Made by a program: the position numbers and the translations under genes | Notes under the pieces: generated by a model | What the model was told of the DNA's origin: nothing | Databases searched by the model: none | Seen by the model: only the letters and a program-made list of their open reading frames with translations | In this document: positions 1 to 13,057 of the stretch, one piece after another | How positions within the stretch are numbered: position 1 is the first letter of the stretch | Layout: every line of letters starts with the position of its first letter | From: an uncultured Thermoleophilia bacterium | GTDB taxonomy: Bacteria > Actinomycetota > Thermoleophilia > Miltoncostaeales > Miltoncostaeaceae | Assembly (NCBI GenBank): GCA_963837725.1 | Contig: CAWIOJ010000003.1 | Span: 283,570 to 347,569, forward strand | Direction of reading: 5' to 3' | Length of the DNA stretch: 64,000 nt

Positions 1-1176
1 GCAGCAGGGCGGTGTCGAGCATGTCGAGCCGGTTGGTCGCCGCGATCACGACCACGCGGTCGCGGTCGCCGAAGCCGTCGAGCTCGACCAGCAGCTGGTT
101 GAGCGTGCCCTCGCGCTCGGAGTCGGCGCCGCCGGCAGCCGCCGCCGCGGGCGCGGCCGATGGCGTCGATCTCGTCGAAGAAGATGATCGCGCCGGTGTC
201 GCTCTTGCGGGCGAGGGCGAACAGGTCGCGGACGCGGGACGCGCCGACACCCACGTAGGTGTCCACGAAGTCCGAGCCCGAGAGCGCGAAGAACGGGACG
301 CCGGACTCGCCGGCGACGGCCTTGGCGAGCAGCGTCTTGCCGGTTCCCGGAGGGCCGTGAAGGATCACGCCGCGCGGCATGCGCGCGCCGACCTTGAGGA
401 AGCGGTCCGGGTCGGTGAGGAACAGCACCACCTCCTGGAGCTCCTCGACGGCCTCGTCGCAGCCCGCGACGTCGTCGAAGCGCACCGCGGGCGGCTCGAC
501 CTGGGCGTTCTTGCGGATCTTGCCGTGGCCCGCCATGCCGCCGCGCGAGCCGCCCTTGGCGGTGCCCGTCATGCGGCGCACGAGCGCGATGCTGCCGAGC
601 GCCAGCACCGCGATGATCGCGATCCCGAGGGGCAGCAGCAGGTAGCGCATCAGGGGGCTGAGGCCCGAGCCCGAGGCGGCCGACGCGGCCGGCTGGAGCA
701 CGGTGACGCCGTCCGCCCGCAGCGATGCGCGCGAGGTCGAAGGCCCCCGGAGGCGTGTTGGGCTTGGCCGCCGTGGTGGCCTCGGCCGCGGGCTGCGCGA
801 AGTCCTGTCCCGCCTTCGGCCGGGGGATCTGCGCCGCGATGACGCGGCCCTGCCGGTCGGTCGCCGCGACCCAGTAGCTCGAGGTGTCCACGACCGCGGC
901 GTTCAGGTTGCGGGCGTCGGCCGCGCCGATCAGCTGCGAGTACGGCACCACCACCGGGGCCTCCACCGCGCCGAGCGGCTGGACGACGCTCGCCGGCACC
1001 TGCGGAGCGGGTGCGGCGGCATCGGCGGCGGTGGCGATTCCGGCCACCGACATCAGCGCCACGATGGCGATCGCCAGCAGGGCGAGCGCGCGGCGCGTGG
1101 ACGAGAACGGGTTGCGGGGACCCGGGGGGATCGGGGGCAACGGCGTGGTCCTTAGGTCGTCGTCGGCGAGGGTCAC
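1..1176 (-). CDS. ftsH: FtsH-family AAA+ protease (N-terminal part; runs off window; frameshift)
   Basis: Minus strand encodes TM segments, then Walker [46 protein letters not shown] and Walker [12 protein letters not shown]; split across frames near 720. Confidence 0.85.
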
Positions 1177-1249
1177 ACCTGAGTACGTCGACGAGAGGCT
1201 CGTCGGTTCATCGTCGCTATCGGCGACCCCGGCGGGAGCATGAGGTGCG

Positions 1250-1395
1250 CGGCGCGCGATGACGTGCAGTCAGGTGATAGCACCGGTTCAACGGTAGGAG
1301 GCCCTCGCGACGGGTGCGTATGTGTCGGGGGCCAACCCGATCGCCCGTGCACCTCTCCCGCGGGCCAAGCTGACACGAACCGCACGAGCGCGCCG
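1250..1395 (-). ncRNA. candidate rod-shaped structured RNA (6S-like)
   Basis: Ends pair on the minus strand (CGGCGCGC/GCGCGCCG, GUGCGGUU/GACUGCAC with G-U pairs); nested inner stems; GGGAG...GAGGGCCUCCUACC resembles 6S RNA elements. Confidence 0.35.
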
Positions 1396-1434
1396 ATCAG
1401 GCGGACGCGCCGACGTCGCCACTACACTGTCCTG

Positions 1435-4302
<2,868 letters not shown>

Positions 4303-4306
<4 letters not shown>

Positions 4307-5252
4307 GCCGCGACCCACGGGCGCTGTCCCAGTTCCGCGCCGAGACGGATGAGCGCGGCCATTTCGTCCGCCAGGCGAGCCACTTCCGCGCGACGCGTCA
4401 CCGCCGACGGCTCGTCCGGGTTCCTCGCCGAGCCCGGCCGCTACCACCTGTACGTCTCGCTGGCGTGCCCGTGGGCCCACCGCACGATCATCGTGCGCCG
4501 CCTGAAGGAGCTCGAGGACGTCATCTCGATGTCGGTCGTGGACCCGGTGCGCGACGAGCGCGGGTGGAGCGTTCACGGAGGGCCCGGGGCACGGCCCCGA
4601 CCCGGTCAACGGCTTCGCGTTCCTCTCCGAGGCGTACGTCGCCTCCGATCCCGGCTTCCACGGCCGGGTGACCGTGCCGGCGCTGTGGGACCGCGAGACC
4701 GGGCAGGTGGTCAACAACGAGTCGGCCGAGATCCTGCGGATGCTCAACAGCGAGTTCGACGCCTGGGGCGACGCCTCGCTCGACCTGTACCCGGCCCCGC
4801 TGAGGGACGAGATCGACGTGGTCAACGACGTCGTCTACCGGACGGTCAACAACGGGGTGTACCGCGCGGGCTTCGCCACCACGCAGGAGGCCTACGAGGA
4901 GGCGTTCGACGCCCTCTTCGCGACGCTCGACGACCTCGACCTGCGCCTCTCCGACCGGCGCTACCTGATGGGCGACCGGTTCACCGAGGCCGACTGGCGG
5001 CTGTTCACCACCCTGCTGCGCTTCGACACGGTCTACGCGCTGCACTTCAAGTGCAACCTGCGCCGGATCGTCGACTACCCCTCGCTGTGGCCCTACCTGC
5101 GCGACCTCTACCAGGTGCCCGGCGTGGCCGAGACGGTGAACTTCGACCACATCAAGCGGCACTACTACGTGACGCACACGTCCATCAACCCGACGGGGAT
5201 CGTCCCCAAGGGGCCCGCACTCGATCTGACGCAGCCGCACGGGCGCGGGTAG
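4303..5252 (+). CDS. Glutathionyl-hydroquinone reductase (YqjG/ECM4-type GST), frameshifted
   Basis: [22 protein letters not shown]...[35 protein letters not shown]. Confidence 0.9.
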
Positions 5253-5269
5253 CCGGCCGAGGCGGCGCG

Positions 5270-6094
5270 ATGCTCGCGGTTGTCCTCGGCCTGCTCTCAG
5301 GCCTGTCGTGGGGTGTGGCCGACTTCTTCGGAGGCGTCGCCAGCCGGCGCGCCGCCGTGCTGGCGGTGGTGGTGGGCTCGCAGGTCGTCGGCCTGCTGCT
5401 GATCCTCGCGATCGTGGCGATCGCGCGGCCGGATGTGCCCCCCGTCCGTGAGCTCGGCCTGGCCTCGGCGTCGGGCGTGGTGGGCCTGATCGGCCTCGCC
5501 GCCTTCTATCGCGCGATGGCGATCGGGACCATCAGCCTGATCGCGCCGATCTCCGCGCTGGGGGCGGTGGTGCCGATCGCGGTCAACCTGATCGCCGGGC
5601 GCATCCCCGGGACCCTGGCCCTGCTGGGGATGATCGTCGCCCTCGCCGGCGCGTGCCTGGCGGCCCGCGCCCCGGGTCCGGCGTCCCGCAAGGGCATCGG
5701 CCTGGCCGTGGTCGCCGCGCTGGGCTTCGGCGCGTTCTTCTCCCTGCTGGCGGCGGGCTCGGGGAGGAGCCCGATCTGGGCCATCGTGGCCGCCCGCGGG
5801 ACGTCGGTGCCGATCGGGCTGATCGCGCTGGTCGCCGCGGGGACGAGCCTGGCGATGTCGCGCCGCACCCTCCTGTTCGTCGTGTGCTCCGGGTGCCTGG
5901 ACGTGTGCGCCAACCTGCTGTTCGCCGCCGGCAGCCAGCGCGGCGCCGTGAGCGTGGTCGCGGTGCTCGGGTCGCTCTACCCCGTGACCACGGTGGTGCT
6001 GGCCGGCACGGTGCTGCACGAGCGGCTCGGCCGCCTGCAGGCGGCCGGCGCGGGGGTGGCGCTGGGCGGGGTGATCCTGATCGCCGCGGGCTGA
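5270..6094 (+). CDS. EamA/DMT family transporter
   Basis: MLAVVLGLLSGLSWGVADFFGG, about 10 TM segments, SLYPVTTVVLA...LHERL. Confidence 0.85.
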   Translation: MLAVVLGLLSGLSWGVADFFGGVASRRAAVLAVVVGSQVVGLLLILAIVAIARPDVPPVRELGLASASGVVGLIGLAAFYRAMAIGTISLIAPISALGAVVPIAVNLIAGRIPGTLALLGMIVALAGACLAARAPGPASRKGIGLAVVAALGFGAFFSLLAAGSGRSPIWAIVAARGTSVPIGLIALVAAGTSLAMSRRTLLFVVCSGCLDVCANLLFAAGSQRGAVSVVAVLGSLYPVTTVVLAGTVLHERLGRLQAAGAGVALGGVILIAAG

Positions 6095-6165
6095 AAGCGC
6101 GGCGCCCTGCGGTCGACCGCCGGGCCGGATACAGTCCCCGCGTCATATCGCGGAGAGGCGTCACA

Positions 6166-9100
6166 ATGGCCGACGGAACAGGTAGCGGGGACACACCGAC
6201 GACGCCGGGGAACCTCTCGGGCGGGGCGGCGCTGCAGCGGCAGCGGCGGCTGAAGAAGCTCGACGCGCTGCGCGAACGGGGCATCGATCCGTATCCGGTC
6301 TCGTACCCGCGCGACCACGACATCGCATCGCTGCGCGCCGAGTTCGGCGACCTCGCCGCGGGCGCGACGACCACCGCGGTCGTGCACGTCGCGGGCCGCC
6401 TGATGCTGATCCGCGACCACGGCGGCCTGCTCTTCGCCCAGATCAAGGACGAGAGCGGCACGATGCAGCTGTTCATCTCCCGGTCGGCGATGGGGGAGCA
6501 GGGCTTCGCGGACGCCTGCGCGTTCGACATCGGCGACTGGGTGGGCGCCGAGGGCGCGGTGATGGTGACCGACAAGGGCGAGCTGTCGGTCGCGACCACC
6601 TCGATGACGCTCCTGGGCAAGGCCCTGCGGCCGCTCGCGACCAAGGGTCACGGTCTGACCGACCCCGAGACCCGCTTCCGCCAGCGCTACCTCGACCTGA
6701 TCCTCAACCCCGAGTCGCGCCGCGTGGCCGATGTCCGCCAGCGCACCGTCGCGGCCATCCGGGAGTTCCTCGGGCGGACGGGGCTACGTCGAGGTCGAGA
6801 CGCCCGGTGCTCCAGGCCGAGGCCGGCGGCGCCACCGCGCGGCCCTTCATCACGCACCACAACGCGCTCAACATCGAGATGTATCTGCGCATCGCGCTCG
6901 AGCTGTACCTCAAGCGCCTGATCGCCGGTGGGTACGAGAAGGTCTTCGAGATGGGCCGGGTGTTCCGCAACGAGGGCCTCGACACCCGCCACAACCCCGA
7001 GTTCACGATGCTCGAGGCCTACGAGGCGCTCGCGGACTACCACGACATGATGGAGCTCACCGAGCAGATGGTGGCCGCCGCGGCGATCGCCGCCAACGGC
7101 ACCACGGTGATCCAGATCGACGGCCAGCCGGTGGACCTGGCGCCGCCGTGGCGCCGGGCGACGATGTACGAGCTCATCAAGGAGCACCTCGACATCGACA
7201 TCCACCCCTCGATGCCGCTCGAGGAGGCCCGCCGCATCGCCACCGAGGCGGGCGTCGAGTTCGAGGACTCGTGGGGCAGCGGCAAGATCTGCGACGAGAT
7301 CTACGACGGCGGCGTCGAGCACCTGCTGGTGGGCCCGATCTTCGTGTGCGACCACCCGCGTGAGACCTCCCCGCTGGCGCGCGCGCACCGCGACGACCCG
7401 ACCCTGGTCGAGCGCTTCGAGGTGGTGGTCGCGGCCCGCGAGCTGGCCAACGCCTACAGCGAGCTGACCGACCCGGTCGACCAGCGCACGCGGTTCGAGG
7501 CCGAGGCGCGCGCCAAGGCCGCCGGCGACCTCGAGGCCGGCGACGTCGACGAGGACTACCTGCGCGCGATGGAGCTGGGCATGCCGCCCACCGGCGGCCT
7601 CGGCGTCGGCGTGGACCGCCTGGTGATGCTGCTCGCCGGCGCGCCGTCGATCCGCGAGGTGATCCTGTTCCCGACGCTGCGCCCCGAGGAGGGCTCCACG
7701 TCCGAGGCGGCTCCGGCGCTGGAGGGCTCCATCTCGGCGATCATCGCCCGGGACGACGCGCCCGCCGTCGCCCCCACGGTGCCGCACTCCGAGGCCCGTC
7801 CCCAGGACCGCGTGGTGCTGCCCCCGCCCAGCCGCGGCCGGCCCCAGCGCCGCCTGGTGCTGGCCGTGCTCGCCGCGCTGGCGGGCCTCGCGACCGCCCT
7901 CGTCGGCCTCCCCGGCGTCCACTCGCGTTTCGGCGGGCGTTTCGACACCGTCGCCGACTTCGACATCCGGGCCGGGGGGATGGTCGCCTCCGTGATCATC
8001 GGCTTCATCTGCCTGCTGGTGGCCGGGCAGTTGGCGAGAGGCAAGGAATCGGCGTGGTGGGTGGCCGTGGTGGGGCTGTCGGCGGCGACCGTCGCCCACC
8101 TGCTGAAGGGGCCCCATCCGGTCGCGATGCTCCTGACCATCGGCGTGCTGGTCGCCCTGGTGTGGTGCAAGGACGACTTCCGGGCGCCGGCCGACCCGCC
8201 CTCACTGTGGACCGCGGTGCGGTTCGTGCCCATCTGGCTGGGCGTGGTGCTGGTGTACGGCTTCCTCGCGCTGTTCGTCGAGCGCGACCACCTGAGCCCC
8301 GACCTCACCTTCACCGGCGCGCTCGACACCATCTTCAGCGGGCTCGTCGGCCTGGACGGGCCCTACACCTACGAGCGCCGGCTCTTCGGGGAGTTCTTCC
8401 CCGACTCGCTGATCGCGCTCGGCATCGTGGGCCTGCTGATCTTCGCCTTCCTGATCTTCCGGCCCCTGGCCGACCGCCAGCACCGTGAGCCAGGCCGACC
8501 GCGAGCACGCCGAGGCCCTCGTGCACCGAGTACGGCTGGGACACGCTGGCCTACTTCTCGCTGCGCGACGACAAGAGCCTCTTCTTCTCGTCCGACGGCA
8601 AGGCGTTCATCGCCTACGCCTACCTCCAGGGCCACGCCCTGGCGTCGGGCGACCCGATCGGCGCGCCCGAGTCGATCCCGCTGGTGATCGACGAGTTCCG
8701 GGCCTTCTGCACGGCGCGCGGCTGGCGCACGGCGTTCCTTGCGGTGCGCGAGTCGGATCTGCCGCTCTACGAGGCGCGCGGCATGAAGGGCCTCTACCTC
8801 GGCGACGAGGCGATCATCCGCTGCCAGACCTTCAGCCTCACCGCGCCCGGCATGAAGAAGGTGCGCCAGGCGGTCAACCGGGTGGCGCGCGACCACGAGT
8901 TCACGCTGATGCGCGAGTCGGACGCCAGCCCCCAGCTGGTCGATCAGCTCAACGCCATCAGCGAGGCGTGGCGCGGCAAGGACCCCGAGCGCGGCTTCAC
9001 CATGGCCCTCAGCCAGGACGTGACCGGCGACAACCCGGAGATGCTGCTTGCCGTCGCCCGCCACGAGGGCAAGGCCGCGGGTTTCCTGCGCCTGGTGCCC

Positions 9101-9521
9101 TGCGTGGGCGACCAGCCGGGCTACTCGCTGGACCTGATGCGCCGCGACCCCGAGGCGCCGAACGGGATCACGGAGTTCCTGATCGCCCGCGCGGCCGAGG
9201 AGCTCGGCGGCCTCGGCGTGTCGCGCCTGTCGATGAACTTCGCGGCGTGGGGGCGGCTGTTCGACGCGGAGGCGGCGCTGGGCCCGCGCGACCGCGTGAT
9301 GAAGTGGTTCGTCAACCGCCTCAACCCGTTCTTCCAGGTCAAGTCGCTCTACGACTTCAACGAGAAGTTCAAGCCGGAGTGGCTGCCGCGGTCGATGGTC
9401 TACGAGGAGGCGACGGACCTCCCGAGGGTGGCCATGCTCTACGCCGGCGTGGAGGGTTTCCTCAACGTGCCCGGTGCTCGGGCCGATGCTCGTGCCGCCG
9501 GTCGTCGCGGATGCGGGGTGA
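6166..9521 (+). CDS. Class II lysyl-tRNA synthetase fused to a TM region plus DUF2156 (MprF/aaPGS) domain; reversed LysX; frameshifted
   Basis: OB fold ([12 protein letters not shown]), [49 protein letters not shown]; then in the same frame about 6 TM helices; then [52 protein letters not shown]. Confidence 0.85.
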
Positions 9522-9940
9522 AGGGGGCGGTCGCCATCGCGCTCGTCGCCGTGGCGGTCGTGGTGGCGGGGTGCGGGAGGGCCGACTACTCGGCGGACGT
9601 CTCGTTTGAGGACGTGACGGCGGTGTTCGCCGACGCCGGCCTGCAGGTGTGCAGCACCGAGACATCCGAGACGCCGCCGCCCGGGGCGGAGGAGGAGCGC
9701 GCGTACGAGGTGGACGCCGACTGCGCCACCGACGACGGCCGCGCCCTGGTGGTGGCCACCGCCTACGACAGCGCCGGCGACCGCGACGCGGCCGCCCAGC
9801 GCTTCGAGGTGCAGTCGCGCCCGTCGGCCGCCGGAGCGATCTGGACGCTCGGCCCCTTCACGGTGCGCGTCAGCGGTGAGCGCGACGCCGACGCGGTCGA
9901 CGCCCTCACCGAAGCGCTCGACCGCAAGGACGCCGAGTGA
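9518..9940 (+). CDS. Putative lipoprotein
   Basis: GTG overlapping the upstream TGA; signal peptide [18 protein letters not shown] with lipobox. Confidence 0.7.
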   Translation: MKGAVAIALVAVAVVVAGCGRADYSADVSFEDVTAVFADAGLQVCSTETSETPPPGAEEERAYEVDADCATDDGRALVVATAYDSAGDRDAAAQRFEVQSRPSAAGAIWTLGPFTVRVSGERDADAVDALTEALDRKDAE

Positions 9941-11388
9941 GGGGCCGCCGGACCGGCCGGCTGGCGGGGCTGGGGGTGCTGGCCCTCGCGATGATCAACG
10001 TCGCGGCGATGGTGAGCCCGCGCAACCTGCCGATGATGGCCGAGTACGGCTGGTCGCTGATCTTCTTCGTGATCGTCGCGGTGATCCTGTTCCTGATCCC
10101 GGTGTCGCTGGCCATCTCGGAGCTCGCGACCGCCTGGCCGCGGCGCGGCGGCGTGTATCCGTGGGTCAAGGAGGCCTTCCGCGGGCGGGCGGGGTTCCTG
10201 GCCGTGTGGTGCGACTGGTCGGAGAACCTCGTCTGGTTCCCGACGGTGCTGTCGTTCACCGCGGCGAGCCTGGCCTACGCCATCGACCCGGCGCTGGCCA
10301 ACAGCAAGATCTTCCTGGTCTCGGTGATGCTGGCCATCTTCTGGGGCGCGACGCTGGCGGCCTTCCGCGGCGTGGGCGCCACCAGCGCGATCGGCGCCAT
10401 CGGCACGATCCTCGGGGCCATCGTGCCGGCGATCCTCGTGATGGTGCTCGGAGTGGCCTTCCTCGCCGACGGCCGCGAGTCGAACATCCCGTTCTCGGGC
10501 GACGCCCTGATCCCGAACCTCGGGCTGACCAACCTGGCCTTCCTGGCCGGCGCGATCCTGATGTTCGCCGGCATGGAGGTGGCCGGCTTCCACGCCGACC
10601 AGTCGCGCAACCCGGGGCGCGACTTCCCGCGCGCGATCCTGCTGGCGGCCGTGATCATGGTGGTGTTCACCATCCTCGGCTCGCTCGCGCTGGCCGTGAT
10701 CGTGCCGCAGCACGAGATCAGCCTGGTCGGCGGGGTGATGCAGGCCTTCCAGGCCGTGTTCGACGATCTCGGCGTCGGGTGGCTGCTGGCGCCCACGGCG
10801 ATCCTGGTGACGATCGGCGGCGTGGCCCACATGGTGCCCTGGATCATCGGCCCGGCCACCGGCCTCGCCGAGGTGGCGGCCCAGGGCGAGATGCCCGCGG
10901 GCCTCGCCAAGGAGAACGCTGCCGGCTCGCCCACCCGGATCCTGCTGATCCAGGCGATCGGCGGGAGCCTGTTCAGCCTGCTGTTCCTGTTCATCCCCAG
11001 CGTGAGCACCTCGTACTGGATCCTCTCGGTGCTCACCGCCCAGATCATCATCATCATGTACGCGCTGATCTTCGCCGCGGTGCTGCGGCTGCGGTACACG
11101 CACCCCGAGGTGCACCGGCCGTACCGCATCCCCGGAGGCATCGTCGGGGTGTGGATCGTCGCCATCGTCGGGCTCTTCGGGTCGGCCCTGTCGTTCGTGC
11201 TCGGCTTCGTGCCGCCGGATCAGCTGAAGACCGGCAACCCGGTGGTCTACGTGCTGGGGATCATGATCGGGCTCGCGATCCTCGCGCTGCCCCCGTTCCT
11301 CTTCCGCCCCCATCCGCCCGACGCCGGGGCGCAGCGCTCCCCGGCCCCCGGCGGCCCGGCCGCCGCGTCCTCGCTCGGAGGGGATTGA
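9937..11388 (+). CDS. APC-family amino acid permease (GadC-like)
   Basis: LAMINVAAMVSPRNLP, ELATAWP..GGVYPWV, FAGMEV, RDFPRAI, RPYRIPGG; about 12 TM. Confidence 0.9.
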   Translation: MRGRRTGRLAGLGVLALAMINVAAMVSPRNLPMMAEYGWSLIFFVIVAVILFLIPVSLAISELATAWPRRGGVYPWVKEAFRGRAGFLAVWCDWSENLVWFPTVLSFTAASLAYAIDPALANSKIFLVSVMLAIFWGATLAAFRGVGATSAIGAIGTILGAIVPAILVMVLGVAFLADGRESNIPFSGDALIPNLGLTNLAFLAGAILMFAGMEVAGFHADQSRNPGRDFPRAILLAAVIMVVFTILGSLALAVIVPQHEISLVGGVMQAFQAVFDDLGVGWLLAPTAILVTIGGVAHMVPWIIGPATGLAEVAAQGEMPAGLAKENAAGSPTRILLIQAIGGSLFSLLFLFIPSVSTSYWILSVLTAQIIIIMYALIFAAVLRLRYTHPEVHRPYRIPGGIVGVWIVAIVGLFGSALSFVLGFVPPDQLKTGNPVVYVLGIMIGLAILALPPFLFRPHPPDAGAQRSPAPGGPAAASSLGGD

Positions 11389-11395
11389 GGGCCTC

Positions 11396-12286
11396 GTGAC
11401 CCTGCTCGCCGTCATCGTGGCCCTGGTGTCGGCGGCCCTCTTCGCGGTCGGGTCGGTGCTGCAGCAGCGCGCCGCCACGGACGTTCCCGACGACGAGGCC
11501 CTCGGCATGGGGCTGGTGACGCGCCTGGTGCGCCGCCCGATCTGGCTGGCCGGGACGGCCGGCGACACCCTCGGATACGTGGCCCAGGCGGCGGCGCTCG
11601 GCCTCGGGTCGCTGGTGCTCGTGCAGCCGCTGCTGGCCACGTCGCTGCTGTTCGCCCTGCCGCTGGGCGCGTGGTGGGCCGGCCGGCGCCTGAGGCGTTC
11701 CGACGGCATCTGGGCGGTGGTGCTGACCGCGGCCCTCGGCGTGTTCCTGATCTCGGGGCAGCCGACCGCGGGCGTCGACACGGCCTCGATCTCGAAGTGG
11801 TTGGTCGCGAGCATCTTCCTGGTGCCGCTCACGGCGATCTGCATCGTGGTCGCGGTGCGCACGCGCGGCTCGACGCGGGCGGTGGCGCTCGCCTCGGCGT
11901 CGGGCATCCTCTACGGCGTGGCGGCGGCCCTCACCAAGTCGACGATGAGCTTCCTCGACGACGGCGTGGAGAACTTCGCCCTCAGCTGGGAGCCCTACGC
12001 CCTGATCGTCGTCGCGGTGCTGGGCACGTACCTCCAGCAGTCGTCGTACCAGGCGGGGTCGCTGGCCCAGGCGCTGCCCGCCGCCGCCGTGCTGGAGCCG
12101 GTCGTCGCCGTGGTGCTCGGCATCGCGCTGCTCAGCGAGACCCTCCAGGCCGACGGGCTGGAGTGGATGCTGATCGGCGCCTCGGCCGTCGCGATGACGC
12201 TGGCCACCTTCGCGCTGGCCCGCAACCAGGCGGAGGCGGAGACCGGTGAGGAGGCTGACCCCGTCCCCTCGGCGGCCGCGGCGTGA
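11396..12286 (+). CDS. DMT-superfamily membrane protein
   Basis: GSVLQQRAA, ALGLGSLVLVQPLLATSLLFALPL, QQSSYQAG. Confidence 0.8.
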   Translation: MTLLAVIVALVSAALFAVGSVLQQRAATDVPDDEALGMGLVTRLVRRPIWLAGTAGDTLGYVAQAAALGLGSLVLVQPLLATSLLFALPLGAWWAGRRLRRSDGIWAVVLTAALGVFLISGQPTAGVDTASISKWLVASIFLVPLTAICIVVAVRTRGSTRAVALASASGILYGVAAALTKSTMSFLDDGVENFALSWEPYALIVVAVLGTYLQQSSYQAGSLAQALPAAAVLEPVVAVVLGIALLSETLQADGLEWMLIGASAVAMTLATFALARNQAEAETGEEADPVPSAAAA

Positions 12287-13047
12287 GCAGTCCCCAGCAC
12301 CCGATCACGCACTGGTACGACACGACGATCGTGCAGGACGGGCGCTCCGGCGCCTTCTGGCTGCTGCTGTCGCTGCTGACCACGTTCCTGATCGTCCGCG
12401 GCATCACCCGGCGCATCCGGGCCCGCGATCCGGGCACCGAGGGACACGCGGTGCTCCGGGACGTCACGATCGGCGGGGTCCACATCCACCACCAGGTGTA
12501 CGGCATCGGCCTGGTGCTGATCTCGGCCTTCCTCGAGTTCCGCTTCCAGCCCGATTCGCCCTGGCTGGAGCTGCTGGGGATCGCCTTCGGAGCGGGGGCG
12601 GCCCTGATGCTCGACGAGTTCGCCCTCTCGCTGTACATGCGCGACGTCTACTGGAGCGACGAGGGCCGCGCGTCGGTCAACGCGGTGCTGCTCTCGCTGG
12701 TGGTGGGCAGCCTGCTGGTTCTGGCCACCAGCCCCCTGCAGCTCAGCGACTACAACGACGGATCGCGCCTGGTGCTCAGCGTCTTCATCACCATCCACAC
12801 GATCACGTCGTGCGTCGCGTTCCTGAAGAGCAAGTGGACCCTGGGGGTGCTGGGGATCGTGTTCCCCGTCGTCGGCCCGGTGGCCGCCATCCGGCTGGCC
12901 AAACCCGAATCGGTCTGGGCCCGGAGGTTCTACGCCGGGAGGCCCGAGAAGATGGCCGCCGCCGAGCGCCGCCACGCCACGGACGACGCCCGCCTCAACC
13001 GGATCCGCAACTTCCTCGCGGGCGCTCCGACGGCCCCGCCTCAATAG
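12283..13047 (+). CDS. Integral membrane protein of unknown function (HIHH motif)
   Basis: Several TM segments; GGVHIHHQVYGI, ALMLDEFAL...DVYW..EGRASV. Confidence 0.7.
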   Translation: MSSPQHPITHWYDTTIVQDGRSGAFWLLLSLLTTFLIVRGITRRIRARDPGTEGHAVLRDVTIGGVHIHHQVYGIGLVLISAFLEFRFQPDSPWLELLGIAFGAGAALMLDEFALSLYMRDVYWSDEGRASVNAVLLSLVVGSLLVLATSPLQLSDYNDGSRLVLSVFITIHTITSCVAFLKSKWTLGVLGIVFPVVGPVAAIRLAKPESVWARRFYAGRPEKMAAAERRHATDDARLNRIRNFLAGAPTAPPQ

Positions 13048-13057
13048 ACTCCGCCGC

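Noticed and set aside
8684-9940. Apparent DUF2156-lipoprotein fusion
   Set aside because: A GTGA overlap at 9518-9521 and a complete lipoprotein signal indicate a separate gene; indel near 9472.
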